NCBI GenBank assembly: GCA_040225955.1
Contig: JBECUL010000004.1
Coordinates: 1-64,000, forward strand
Direction: 5' to 3'
DNA from: Candidatus Asgardarchaeum abyssi
GTDB taxonomy: Archaea; Asgardarchaeota; Asgardarchaeia; Asgardarchaeales; Asgardarchaeaceae
Length of the DNA: 64,000 nucleotides
Part shown: positions 40,899 to 50,899 of the stretch, piece by piece
Position numbering within the stretch: position 1 is the stretch's first letter
Layout: each line of letters opens with the position of its first letter
Notes under the pieces: model-generated
What the model was told of the DNA's origin: nothing
What the model saw: only the letters and a program-made list of their open reading frames with translations
Databases searched by the model: none
Program-made: the position numbers and the translations under genes

Positions 40899-40984
40899 GA
40901 GAGTCACAACTAAACCGCTGATGAAGAGGCACCTTCATTTTCACCAACATTCTCCAAGCGCGCTTACGGAAAATAAGAAGAGTG

Positions 40985-41755
40985 CTATCCGAATTTTCCA
41001 TTAACGTAATTAAAGGTTAATTCTTTTTCTGGGGTTTTGAAGATTTTTTCGGTTGGTCCGTATTCTATTAACTCGCCGTAATAGAAAAATGCAGTATAAT
41101 CCGAAATTCTCCATGCTTGTTGCAGGTTATGAGTAACAATGACGATAGTATATTCCTTCTTTAATTCTTTTATAAGTTCTTCGATTCTAGTTACGGAAAT
41201 TGGGTCAAGAGCAGACGCTGGTTCATCCATTAACAGAACCTCTGGGTTTACAGAAAGTGCTCGTGCAATTGCGAGTCGCTGTTGCTGTCCAAGTGAAAGA
41301 GCAAATGCAGAGTCATCCAATCTATCTTTTACCTCATCCCATAAGCCGGCTTTCCTTAAACTTTCTTCTACAATAACATTTAACTCATCTTTGTTATTTA
41401 CTCCATGAATTCTTGGACCATATGCGACATTTTCATATATCGACTTTGGCAGAGGTGTTGGCTTTTGAAAAACCATACCAACTTTTCTTCTCAACTCTAT
41501 AACGTCCATTCCTGGATTATAGATGCTCTTTCCATCCAGTTTGACATCCCCTTCAACTCGGGCATTATCTATTAAATCAATAAGCCTATTCAATGTTTTT
41601 AGGAACGTAGTTTTCCCGCACCCAGAGGGCCCTATAATTGAAATTACCTTCCTTTCAGGAATTTGAATGTTTACATCTTTTAATACGTGAAGATTTCCGT
41701 ACCAAACATTAAGATTAATTGTCTCTATTTTACTCTTCATCACTATCTCCCCCAC
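40985..41755 (-). CDS. pstB: Phosphate ABC transporter ATP-binding protein
   Basis: [38 protein letters not shown]. Confidence 0.96.
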   Translation of the reverse strand: MGEIVMKSKIETINLNVWYGNLHVLKDVNIQIPERKVISIIGPSGCGKTTFLKTLNRLIDLIDNARVEGDVKLDGKSIYNPGMDVIELRRKVGMVFQKPTPLPKSIYENVAYGPRIHGVNNKDELNVIVEESLRKAGLWDEVKDRLDDSAFALSLGQQQRLAIARALSVNPEVLLMDEPASALDPISVTRIEELIKELKKEYTIVIVTHNLQQAWRISDYTAFFYYGELIEYGPTEKIFKTPEKELTFNYVNGKFG

Positions 41756-42591
41756 TTACGTCTATAATGGGCGCGCAAAACTATTGCTACCAAGTTAAGT
41801 AGAAGCACTAGGCTAAGGAGAATGATGGCAGCTGCATAAGCTTTGTTTTGAGATGTACCAGGAGACGTAACTAAAATCACGAATAGATAATAAGTTAGAG
41901 AGATAATAGGGTCAAATGGTGTTCTTGGCAATCCTCTCATTGTTAATGCGCAAGCTGTAAATAGTATGGCTGCTGTCTCTCCAGCAATTCTTGCCATCCC
42001 AAGAATAATGCTAGTTGCAATACCTGGAATAGCTGTCGGAAGAATATTGTCCCTTATTGCTTGCCATTTTGTTGCCCCTAAAGCCATGGCTGTTTCTCTG
42101 AATTCTCTAGGTACCATTCTTATTGCTTCTTCTGAACCTCTTACTATGATTGGAAGAGCCATTATGGTTAGTGTAAGCCATCCAGACATTAAGGAAACTC
42201 CAAATCCAAGTGTTTTCACAAAGAAAGTGTAACCAAAGAGACCCATAACTATTGAGGGTACTCCTGCAAGGTTATTTATGGCTTGATCTATTAATCTCAC
42301 AATTTTGCTGTTTTTGGATGCGTATTCAGAAAGATATATGGCAGCACCTAAACCGATTGGTGCTGCTAAGATTGCGGTGCCGCTGAATAATAGAAAGGTA
42401 CCTATAATAGTTTCAAATAAGCCTCCTTTCAACATGCTAGTAAAGATGATTTTCCAAGAAATGACGCGAATCCCGCCAATCATCAATATGCCAATCATAT
42501 AAAACAAAATAATCAAAAGCATAAGAAATTGAATACCAAAAAACGATAATATAATATCGTCTTTAATTCTACATCTACCGCTCATATTCAT
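41743..42591 (-). CDS. pstA: Phosphate ABC transporter permease PstA
   Basis: [30 protein letters not shown]. Confidence 0.94.
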   Translation of the reverse strand: MNMSGRCRIKDDIILSFFGIQFLMLLIILFYMIGILMIGGIRVISWKIIFTSMLKGGLFETIIGTFLLFSGTAILAAPIGLGAAIYLSEYASKNSKIVRLIDQAINNLAGVPSIVMGLFGYTFFVKTLGFGVSLMSGWLTLTIMALPIIVRGSEEAIRMVPREFRETAMALGATKWQAIRDNILPTAIPGIATSIILGMARIAGETAAILFTACALTMRGLPRTPFDPIISLTYYLFVILVTSPGTSQNKAYAAAIILLSLVLLLNLVAIVLRAHYRRKWGR

Positions 42592-43517
42592 ATTTCTATA
42601 CCTCCACTTGTAGCACCTTTTGATTTTTTAAGAATAACATCGGCTACAGTGTTCACGATAAACGTTATAGTGAACAGTATTAAGCCCAAAAAGAACAAAG
42701 TATGATAAAGTTCCCCGCCCATCGGGGCTTCGCCCATGTACATTGCAATTGCTGCAGTCATGGGAAAAACAGCATCAAAGAAAAATGGGAACTCAGGCAT
42801 GCTTCCAGCTGCGCCACAAACCATTAAAACTGCAATAGTCTCTCCAATAGCTCTACCAAAGGCAAGAATAATTGCAGCAAAAATACCAGGTTTAGCTGTA
42901 GGTAAGATAACATTCTTAATCGTTTGCCATTTTGACGCACCCAGAGCAAAGGATACTTCTCTGTATTCTTTAGGAACAGACGAAATTATTTCGCTAGATA
43001 AACTCATAATTGTTGGAAGAATCATTATTGCAAGTATAATGGAAGCAGAAAAAGCATTTTTCCCAGAACTTAAACCGAAAATTTTAGCTACTATCGGAGT
43101 AAGTGCGACTAAGCCCACAAAACCGTAGATCACCGAGGGAATGGCGGCAAACATTTCAATTGCAGACTTAAATGTATCTTTTAAAGGTCCGGGTGCTTCT
43201 TCCGCTATATAAATTGCAGTACATAATCCCACTGGAACCGATATAACCAGTGCTCCCATCACAACAATGATAGACCCCATGATAAGTGGAAGAATACTGT
43301 ATTTTTCATAAGCTGGAGCCCAAACTTGACTAGACAGTATTTTTGCCCTTAAATTCTCGTTGAGAACAGCAGGAATACTTTCCATAAAAATAAATAATGT
43401 AATTAACGTAATGAAAATAATTGTAGTACTTGCAGCTATAAAAAGTAATATTTTAACATTCCTCTCTGCCTTAACCATTTTTCTGTGGTTAAGTTCAAGT
43501 TCCTTCTTCACCCTCAT
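42588..43517 (-). CDS. pstC: Phosphate ABC transporter permease PstC
   Basis: AAIPSVIYG, ALGASKWQT, GRAIGETIAV. Confidence 0.94.
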   Translation of the reverse strand: MRVKKELELNHRKMVKAERNVKILLFIAASTTIIFITLITLFIFMESIPAVLNENLRAKILSSQVWAPAYEKYSILPLIMGSIIVVMGALVISVPVGLCTAIYIAEEAPGPLKDTFKSAIEMFAAIPSVIYGFVGLVALTPIVAKIFGLSSGKNAFSASIILAIMILPTIMSLSSEIISSVPKEYREVSFALGASKWQTIKNVILPTAKPGIFAAIILAFGRAIGETIAVLMVCGAAGSMPEFPFFFDAVFPMTAAIAMYMGEAPMGGELYHTLFFLGLILFTITFIVNTVADVILKKSKGATSGGIEI

Positions 43518-43567
43518 CGTATAACATCTCCTAGCTAAAAAATGTAGAATAAATAGAACATTGTTAC

Positions 43568-44497
43568 TTAAGTTGAGGGCGGATATTTTGGAAGAGCCAG
43601 AAATCCTTGATCTTCAACAATTTTTTGTCCTTCTGGGCTTCTAATAAAGTCTATGAATCTATCTACCAAGGATCCACTTTCCGGCCAGCCATTGGTCACC
43701 AAATATAAGTACCTAGAGATCGGATACTTACCTGCATATATGTTTTCAGGCGTAGGCTCATAGTAAGTTCCGTTTTCACTCACAGCCAAGTTAACGGTCA
43801 CCACGTCTTCGGTTACAAATCCTAAACCTACATACCCTATTGAATACGGAGTATTTCTAACACTTTCCCTCATAGCCGGGTTACTTGGGACCTCTTGAGC
43901 ATCTGGAGTAATTGTCAACCCAAACGGTTCCATAACAAACTCCTCAAATGTTCCTCGTGTACCAGAACCAGCTTCTCTGGTGAATACAATTATTTCTTTG
44001 TCTGGTAGACTAGGGTCAACCTCGCTCCATTTTGTATAAGTACCATTGAATATCTTAGCAACTTGTTCTAAGGTTAGATTTAGCGGAACTGTGGAAACAG
44101 TTGGATTAATTATAATTACTACGGCGTCCATAGCAATTTCGTGTAAAATTAAACTTACATTCTTGTCTTTTGCATCTGCAATTTCTTTTGGTTTAGGTTT
44201 TCTTGAAGCCATTGCAATGTCACAAGCACCGTCTATTAGTGATGCATAGCCATGACCACTGCCGCCTCCTTCCACCCTTATATCCACGCCGGGATATTTT
44301 TGCATGAAAGTTATTGCAGCAGCATTAGCAATAGGTAATACTGTAGTGGAACCTATAATACGTATGCTCTCAGTTCTCCATGCACTGTCTTCGGGTGCTT
44401 CTATAGTTGCTGGGTGTGTTGTAGTAATCCATGTTCCAATTCCCATTCCTATTAACAGGCCGATTACGAATATTCCCAAAAATTTTATGTTCATCAC
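43568..44497 (-). CDS. pstS: Phosphate ABC transporter substrate-binding protein
   Basis: N-terminal anchor, GSTTVLP, GGGSGHG, MASR, REAGSGTR, YPISRYL. Confidence 0.94.
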   Translation of the reverse strand: MMNIKFLGIFVIGLLIGMGIGTWITTTHPATIEAPEDSAWRTESIRIIGSTTVLPIANAAAITFMQKYPGVDIRVEGGGSGHGYASLIDGACDIAMASRKPKPKEIADAKDKNVSLILHEIAMDAVVIIINPTVSTVPLNLTLEQVAKIFNGTYTKWSEVDPSLPDKEIIVFTREAGSGTRGTFEEFVMEPFGLTITPDAQEVPSNPAMRESVRNTPYSIGYVGLGFVTEDVVTVNLAVSENGTYYEPTPENIYAGKYPISRYLYLVTNGWPESGSLVDRFIDFIRSPEGQKIVEDQGFLALPKYPPST

Positions 44498-44530
44498 ATT
44501 TTCACCAATTGAAAAGAGGGAAAAGCTTAA

Positions 44531-44587
44531 TATATATTTTATCGAAATAATAAATATATATGTAATTAGATTATATAGATCTATATA
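44531..44587. promoter_or_regulatory. Divergent pstS/phoU promoter region with TATATA-based inverted repeats (putative operator)
   Basis: Perfect 16-bp palindrome TATATAGATCTATATA (44572-44587); inverted pair TATATATTT (44531-44539) / AAATATATA (44552-44560). Confidence 0.45.
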
Positions 44588-44601
44588 GCGGAGGTTTAAA
44601 A

Positions 44602-45627
44602 ATGTGGAGTGAAACTAGACGTGTACAAGTTACAGGAGGCGCGTCATTAATTGTTTCATTACCTAAAAACTGGGCTAGAAATATTGGACTCTGTCGAGGA
44701 GATCTTGTAGTTTTAACCCCTCAACCCGACGGCTCTATTCTCATAACCCCGAAAAAACTAATTAAAGAAGAGGAAAAAGAAAAAGAAGCTATAATAAAGG
44801 TTGATCAAACCTTAGACGTGGAAGCTGTTGTTAGAGAGATAATAGCACATTATCTCGTTGGATATAACGTAATAAGAGTAATTTTCGGTAGAGGAACAGA
44901 AGAACATCGTAAGTTTGTTAAATCTGTTATTAGACGGAAGATTATTGGTATGGAGATTATGGAGGAAAGTGCAGACAAAATCGTTTTTAGATCTTTTATT
45001 AGTTACGCGGATTTTCCACTTAGAGAGGCTTTAGTTAGAATGGGTGTAGTTACTTCACTTATGATAAAGGATGTTTTAAAGGCTTTAGAAGAGTTTAACC
45101 AATCTTTAGCACAGGAAATTACTCAACGAGACGACAATGTGGACAGACTTTACCTGTTCATCGTTAGACAATTGAAGTTTGCTGTCCGTAACATAACATT
45201 AGTAAATAAAATGGGGTTAAGAAATCCAAGGGATTGTTTAGGTTATAGACTGGTTGTTAAAAGTGTAGAACGTGTTGCTGATCACGCTACAAGAATAGCC
45301 CAGTTGATTTCTGGCTTTGAAAGGCCACTGGGTAGAGCTATTTTGGAAGATATCATTGAAATGGGTAAGAAATCTGTGGATATTTTCGAAAAGGCTCTTA
45401 AATCATTTTTCAAACTAGATGTAAAGCTTGCTCATGAATTAATCGGAGAAATAATGCTTATAAGCCGATACGAACAGGATATCACTGAAAAAATACTTAG
45501 TAATGAAAAATTAAACATAAAAGAAATAACAAGTATAAAGCTAATTCTGGAGAGTTTGCATAGAATAGCTGACTATGGAGCAGATATAGCAGAAATCGCG
45601 ATAAATCTAGCAGTGGAAGAACCATAA
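44602..45627 (+). CDS. phoU: Archaeal phosphate uptake regulator (AbrB/MazE-type DNA-binding domain plus two PhoU repeats)
   Basis: RRVQVTGGASLIVSLPKNW N-terminus; RDDNVDR, ERVADHA, RIADY..DIAE; divergent from pstS. Confidence 0.92.
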   Translation: MWSETRRVQVTGGASLIVSLPKNWARNIGLCRGDLVVLTPQPDGSILITPKKLIKEEEKEKEAIIKVDQTLDVEAVVREIIAHYLVGYNVIRVIFGRGTEEHRKFVKSVIRRKIIGMEIMEESADKIVFRSFISYADFPLREALVRMGVVTSLMIKDVLKALEEFNQSLAQEITQRDDNVDRLYLFIVRQLKFAVRNITLVNKMGLRNPRDCLGYRLVVKSVERVADHATRIAQLISGFERPLGRAILEDIIEMGKKSVDIFEKALKSFFKLDVKLAHELIGEIMLISRYEQDITEKILSNEKLNIKEITSIKLILESLHRIADYGADIAEIAINLAVEEP

Positions 45628-45632
45628 TTACT

Positions 45633-45746
45633 GATAATTTCAGCAGTGGACTTAATATTTTCTTCTTGATCATTATATCTTGGGATTATAGGGATTCTTA
45701 TAATTATTGGAACGGTTCCTTGAGATAATTTTTTGAGATTTTCCCA
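45633..45746 (-). pseudogene. Internal fragment of a glycyl-radical enzyme activating protein (PflA-like)
   Basis: WENLKKL....IIIRIPIIPRYNDQEENIKSTAEII matches the R(I/V)PxIPGxND..EN motif; no CxxxCxxC and no C-terminus. Confidence 0.55.
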
Positions 45747-45975
45747 TTTTATGTGACCACATATTTCAATCGCTCTGTAATTTGCTACAGAAAACACAAA
45801 AACAGCTCAAAAAACATAGAAACAAAACACGATCTTTTGGCTACAACCTTAAAACAAAAAACAAACACTTTTAACGAAAAATAGCTCTTTCTATCTAGCA
45901 GAAATTTTTTCACTCGCAACATTTCTGGATCTTGGCTCTAGTAGCATTCTATAAACATAATCGTTCTCTTTCTTT

Positions 45976-46317
45976 TCATTTTTCTCCTTCATTTTCCTCT
46001 TCTTCCTCTTCAATCTCTCTCGCAATTTCTTCAACTTTCTCCCTTAAAACTTCGTTGTAGAATATAATAACAGGAGCAATAAGAGTTAATATAAAAAACA
46101 CGAAGAATAGAAAAAGAGAAACACCCATTCGCTTAAGCCATCTGTCAAAATTAAGAAAAAGCTGACTCGCAGTATAAAAGGGCTCTAGATGTATTCCAAA
46201 AGCATTAAGATATATACCAATTATAACCATTATGAAATAGATTATTCCGATAATTAAACAAATATTAATCGCATAACCAATCACCACAGCTTGTCTCTCA
46301 GAGATTTTAAATTTCAT
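45976..46317 (-). CDS. Small membrane protein (2 TM) with acidic C-terminal tail
   Basis: 113-aa ORF, two hydrophobic segments, EEEEEENEGEK tail. Confidence 0.6.
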   Translation of the reverse strand: MKFKISERQAVVIGYAINICLIIGIIYFIMVIIGIYLNAFGIHLEPFYTASQLFLNFDRWLKRMGVSLFLFFVFFILTLIAPVIIFYNEVLREKVEEIAREIEEEEEENEGEK

Positions 46318-46499
46318 CCAAAAACACCATATATAGTGGTTATCAGCAATTAATTATTATAATGCTTATATTTTGGCTTATAAAGATCTTTTTTATAATT
46401 TGCTCTAAATGACATTAGAATATTTAATTAAGATTTAAGAACAGCAAAACTATTATAGACCAGCCTCAAAAAATAAGAAAACAAAAAATGAAAAGGTTA

Positions 46500-47585
46500 T
46501 TATTCTTTGTGACCCATAATGGCAGCCATAATAGCCTTTTGAGCATGTAAACGATTTTCTGCCTCTAAGAAGACTATTGATTGAGGACCATCTATTACTT
46601 CGTCGGTAACCTCTTGACCTCTGTCCGCTGGTAAGCAATGCATGTAGACAGCACCTTTATTGGCTTTATCCATTCTTTCTTGAGTCATTATCCAGCTTCT
46701 ATTCTTCTCAAAGAGTTCTTTTGCTTTTTCAAAGTCTGGCTCTGGTACAAAGGGTCTCATGAACTTCTTAACACCCCAGCTTTTTGCATAGATAACATCA
46801 GCGCCTTCGATTGCTTCGTCCATATCATAAACTATTTCAAATGACCCACCGTATTGATCTACATTCTTCTTCGTCCACTCAATGATTTTATCGTCTAATT
46901 CAAAACCCTTCGGGTGAGCCAATACAACATCCATACCGAACTTAGAGGCTATCAAAATGGAACTCTGTGGAACCGCAAGAGGCTTTTCAGGGCTGCCTGA
47001 GTATGCCCAGCTCATAACAAATTTCTTACCTTCTAATTTTCCATTGAACTTTTCCCATAATGCTTGAATATCAGCCATAGCTTGACATGGGTGAAATACA
47101 TCATCTTCCATGTTTATTACTGGTATCTTTTTACCATCTGATCGTCTAGCCCACTTAGCAAACTCTTCAAGAACCTTATGGCCACGGCCATATTCCCACT
47201 TTGCATGTTTTCCATAAATACGGATTGCAATGGCATCTCCGTACGATGCTAAAACTCTAGACACATCTGCAATTCTTTCAGTCGTATAGGCCACATCATC
47301 TCCTGGCAAAACTGGTGTGTATACATCTTGTGGGCTTAAGAAGTGAGCATGTCCACCTAATTGGAAGATACCAGCTTCAAAGCTATTTCTAGTTCTTAGA
47401 GATCTGTTATAGAAGATCATGAAAAGTGTTTTTCCCTTTAGATATTCATGAGGCTCATTATTATATTTCTTTTTCTTGAGGTCTAAGGCTGCATCAATTA
47501 GTGCCTTCAGTTCCTCTTGCGTCCAATCTTGAACTGTCATCCAGTCTTTTCCTTCAAACATACCAACATATTTTGGTAGGGACAT
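46500..47585 (-). CDS. Ornithine-carbamoyltransferase-family enzyme, knotted (YgeW/ArgF'-like) type
   Basis: SLRTRNSF, HPCQAMAD, WAYSGSPEKPLAVPQS, HCLPADRG, AENRLH. Confidence 0.88.
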   Translation of the reverse strand: MSLPKYVGMFEGKDWMTVQDWTQEELKALIDAALDLKKKKYNNEPHEYLKGKTLFMIFYNRSLRTRNSFEAGIFQLGGHAHFLSPQDVYTPVLPGDDVAYTTERIADVSRVLASYGDAIAIRIYGKHAKWEYGRGHKVLEEFAKWARRSDGKKIPVINMEDDVFHPCQAMADIQALWEKFNGKLEGKKFVMSWAYSGSPEKPLAVPQSSILIASKFGMDVVLAHPKGFELDDKIIEWTKKNVDQYGGSFEIVYDMDEAIEGADVIYAKSWGVKKFMRPFVPEPDFEKAKELFEKNRSWIMTQERMDKANKGAVYMHCLPADRGQEVTDEVIDGPQSIVFLEAENRLHAQKAIMAAIMGHKE

Positions 47586-47774
47586 AATATCACACCACGT
47601 ATCGTTAATCGAATTTAGAATAAAGTATGCACAATATAAACTTAACTAATGAAAAATTGCAATAATTACTTAATAGGACACCGATAAAGCGCGTTTTTAA
47701 AAATAATTTATTAGTAAGAAAAAATTAATGTTTCAATAGCACCAGTACAATACCTATTTGTTGAGGAATGTATA

Positions 47775-48662
47775 ATGAAGAATTATGAGAAATTCATCGA
47801 ACGCCCAATTGATATAAGGAAACTTAGCCAAAATGATTTGATTGAGATTCTTAATGAAGTAAAAGGTATAATAGAAAAGGAGAATTTACTATTGAAATTT
47901 AATGCTGATAAAATATGCTTTATAGGTGACATCCACGGAGATTTGATGGCAGGAGCACGAATTGCGAGGTATATTTGGAAGAATGAGGAAATTGATAAGT
48001 TTGTGTTTCTCGGAGACTATGTTGATAGAGGAAATTACCAATTAGAGACATTAAACTTGGCCCTATTGCTTAAAATACTCGACCCGGATAGAATAGTTCT
48101 TCTTAGAGGTAATCATGAAACTACATTGGCAAATAGATTCTACGGATTTAAGGTAGACTTAATGAACAGAGACTTAATAGACATGTACGAGACTTATAAC
48201 AAATTCTTTGCACTTCTTCCAGTTTCAGCTATAATAAATTCCAAAATCTTCGCTGTTCACGGAGGCTTACCAACGATCCTAGTAGCTAAGGAGATAGATA
48301 CTATAAATGAGCTACCAAGAGACGATGTTGAGGGAACTAATCCTACATTGATGGAACTTTTATGGAACGATCCTAATGAACTAATAGATACATTTGCTCC
48401 CAGTATGAGAGGAGCGGGAATCTTCTACTTTGGGAAAGTAGCATTTGAAAAATTCATGAAGAAAAATGGGTTTGAGCTATTTGTTAGAGCCCATGAATTC
48501 TTTAAAGAAGGATACAAATTCTTCTTTAATAATAAACTTTTAAGCCTCTTCTCAAGTGCTAATTATGTTGGTCGAAAAGTTGATGCAAAAATAGCTATTA
48601 TCGACTCGGATCTGAATGTAGACCTTTTGCCGGTTATGGAACTAAAAATAGAGAAAGAATGA
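47775..48662 (+). CDS. PPP-family serine/threonine protein phosphatase
   Basis: GDIHG, GDYVDRG, RGNHE, HGG, LLWNDP, RGAG..FG, RAHE, FSSANY. Confidence 0.93.
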   Translation: MKNYEKFIERPIDIRKLSQNDLIEILNEVKGIIEKENLLLKFNADKICFIGDIHGDLMAGARIARYIWKNEEIDKFVFLGDYVDRGNYQLETLNLALLLKILDPDRIVLLRGNHETTLANRFYGFKVDLMNRDLIDMYETYNKFFALLPVSAIINSKIFAVHGGLPTILVAKEIDTINELPRDDVEGTNPTLMELLWNDPNELIDTFAPSMRGAGIFYFGKVAFEKFMKKNGFELFVRAHEFFKEGYKFFFNNKLLSLFSSANYVGRKVDAKIAIIDSDLNVDLLPVMELKIEKE

Positions 48663-48674
48663 AATATATGTAGA

Positions 48675-48908
48675 TTACTTTTCGAAGACCTTGTTAAATA
48701 TTATACCAATTACTATGAGGCAAATCATTGCTGTAATATAATATATATTTTCCTCAGGAAGCATATTAGCGGCTTTCTCGAGATACTCAGCCACTTTTGA
48801 AACATAGGGATCTACATATTTTGACAGCCATTCTAATATCATTTTTGCATAAGGGCTAAACCACATGAAAAACCTATCTAAGTATTCTAAAACTTGGCTA
48901 TATTGCAT
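48675..48908 (-). CDS. Small protein with C-terminal TM helix
   Basis: 77-aa ORF abutting the upstream stop; hydrophobic C-terminus. Confidence 0.55.
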   Translation of the reverse strand: MQYSQVLEYLDRFFMWFSPYAKMILEWLSKYVDPYVSKVAEYLEKAANMLPEENIYYITAMICLIVIGIIFNKVFEK

Positions 48909-49340
48909 TTACGTTCCCTCCTTACCTATGCTCTCTAATATTTTCATAAACTTCCCAAAAAGTGCTACAAGCATAGCAAGCAGATATAAGTTGAAGAAAC
49001 CACGAAAATCCATGAAAAATGTAATGCCACCCACTGTGAGCTCAAGAGATGTTGCAAGAATTTTGATAACGAAAAATAAACCAACAATGCTCATTAAAAA
49101 GTCTGCTAGATGGTATCTCCACGAACCTCTAGTTGACACTTCCCTTATAAAGATTATTCCGGCCATTATCAAACCAAAATTAAGGAACCATGATGTGAAA
49201 ACTTGGGCATTCCCTATCTCAGCCCCTCCTAGAGTTTCAGGAGCTATGAAATTAAATATTAAGTAAGGCACTCCGAAATAAGAGACTAACATGAAAATTG
49301 AAGCTTTAATTCCATTACCAATTGTAGGCTTGCTGCTCAT
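48909..49340 (-). CDS. Four-TM membrane protein of unknown function
   Basis: 143 aa, four hydrophobic segments; start overlaps the upstream stop, GGAGGTG RBS. Confidence 0.7.
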   Translation of the reverse strand: MSSKPTIGNGIKASIFMLVSYFGVPYLIFNFIAPETLGGAEIGNAQVFTSWFLNFGLIMAGIIFIREVSTRGSWRYHLADFLMSIVGLFFVIKILATSLELTVGGITFFMDFRGFFNLYLLAMLVALFGKFMKILESIGKEGT

Positions 49341-50104
49341 GGCACCTCCACCTCTAAAATTGTGTAAGTATAATTAAAGAAGGATGTTGCATTAAATGCA
49401 AAAATTAAGTTGTAAGTCTTACCTCTATCTACCTCTATCCATAAAGTGTCGGTAAATTTAGTACTATGCTGAACTAACAAGTTTGAGTGCGTTACCTCGT
49501 TAATAAAGACATCCCCTTCATAGACATTCATTGTTATTGTTAAAAAGTAATCATAATTATCTGGCGAATTAAAGGTGCATGTTGCTGTCAAATTTGCAGT
49601 AGTTGCCGATATGCTGGCCGTCTTAACATTTATTGTCAAATTGTCTAGTGGAGCATCCCATGGAATATCATTCGGAAACCTGAAACCTAAACGCATTAGA
49701 TGGTATGCATAGCTTCCAGATACTGAGACCAGTAGAATATAGGTTTCATCTTTCACTAAATTAAAAATCATTGGGAGTGAGAAGTTTATTGTGATGTGTT
49801 TAATCCCAACTGGGATATCACCTATTGTGTGATTGATGTCAAATAACTCATTATTTTGAGGATCTAATATAACGAATCGTGCCATAACATCATTAAATTC
49901 GTAATACCCATTGTTTTCAATAGTAAAATTAGCAATTACATGCACTTGGCCACTTTCAAAGTACATGGACAGACCATTAAAGGTTACGTTTAACCTCATG
50001 GCGGAGATCACAGTAGAAACTATAAGAAGTATTAGGAAAAGGTTTATGAAAAAAGACGCTATTCCAGCTAGTTTACTAATTTTTAACACTCTAAAGATAT
50101 TCAT
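49337..50104 (-). CDS. Membrane-anchored extracellular beta-rich protein (LEA_2/Ig-like)
   Basis: N-terminal TM helix, NFTIENNG motif, beta-strand-rich body, 8 N-x-S/T sequons. Confidence 0.65.
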   Translation of the reverse strand: MNIFRVLKISKLAGIASFFINLFLILLIVSTVISAMRLNVTFNGLSMYFESGQVHVIANFTIENNGYYEFNDVMARFVILDPQNNELFDINHTIGDIPVGIKHITINFSLPMIFNLVKDETYILLVSVSGSYAYHLMRLGFRFPNDIPWDAPLDNLTINVKTASISATTANLTATCTFNSPDNYDYFLTITMNVYEGDVFINEVTHSNLLVQHSTKFTDTLWIEVDRGKTYNLIFAFNATSFFNYTYTILEVEVP

Positions 50105-50899
50105 TTTATCATCACCAAGTAGAAATTTCTAATTAAAAACATGTATATATAATAGAAAAAATCTATAAACTTAGTGTTTAAGCAGTGTTAACTTATTGTT
50201 GGTGAAATGAAAAATAAAAAGATTATTGAGTTTATGCCTCTGCCTCATTAGAAACAAACCTTGTCAACTTAGTTTGACAATACGTTGCTTCTCTTATCAA
50301 ATCTTCCTAACCATTTTCTATTTTCAAATTAATTCCACAGACTTCAACTGATGTTTTACCTTTTAAGCTTAATGAGATCTTAAAAGTAGTAAACAACCTA
50401 GTTATCTAACTATATCTTAGCTGTTTTTACTTTTCAACTCTTTTAAAGATTTTAACTATCTTTTAGAATACCATACGATCTTTCAACAACATATTTGTTT
50501 CTCTCGCTCTTATTCCAGCTCTTCTCTCAAATTCAAAACTTATAGCTTTATTGGTTGCATTTTAGGAGGTGTTGTTACAGTCGTAATAATAACCATCATC
50601 ATTTCGGAAAATTAAAGGTGAAAGTTTCCTCATTCATTTTCAGCATAACTATTAGTACTTTAATTGCAGCTATAACCTATATAACAGTTGGTTTACTGGT
50701 TGGTAGGTATTACATATCTCATCTTCAACTAACAGTTAAGATTTATAAATCAGAGAGAATTTAAAGTAAGTGAGGATATGAAAAATAAAAACTGGATTGC
50801 GAGATTCATAGCATTAGCTGTTGTTTGGTAGGCATGTAAATCGATTTGGTCAGTTATCATTATTTTCTTAACCATAACTATCGAATAAACTTAATCTAA

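Noticed and set aside
45573-45797. 74-aa ORF as an intact gene
   Set aside because: Overlaps the phoU 3' end and only its middle resembles an activase; recorded as a pseudogene fragment instead
46500-47585. Canonical argF/arcB
   Set aside because: Lacks the SMG ornithine motif and has the knotted-type loop
39945-48662. Firm assignment of the host to Asgard archaea
   Set aside because: Roadblock proteins and PPP phosphatases also occur in other archaea; marker phylogeny is required
50555-50764. 69-aa ORF with a hydrophobic stretch
   Set aside because: Implausible N-terminus, lies in a decayed spacer; at best a membrane-gene remnant
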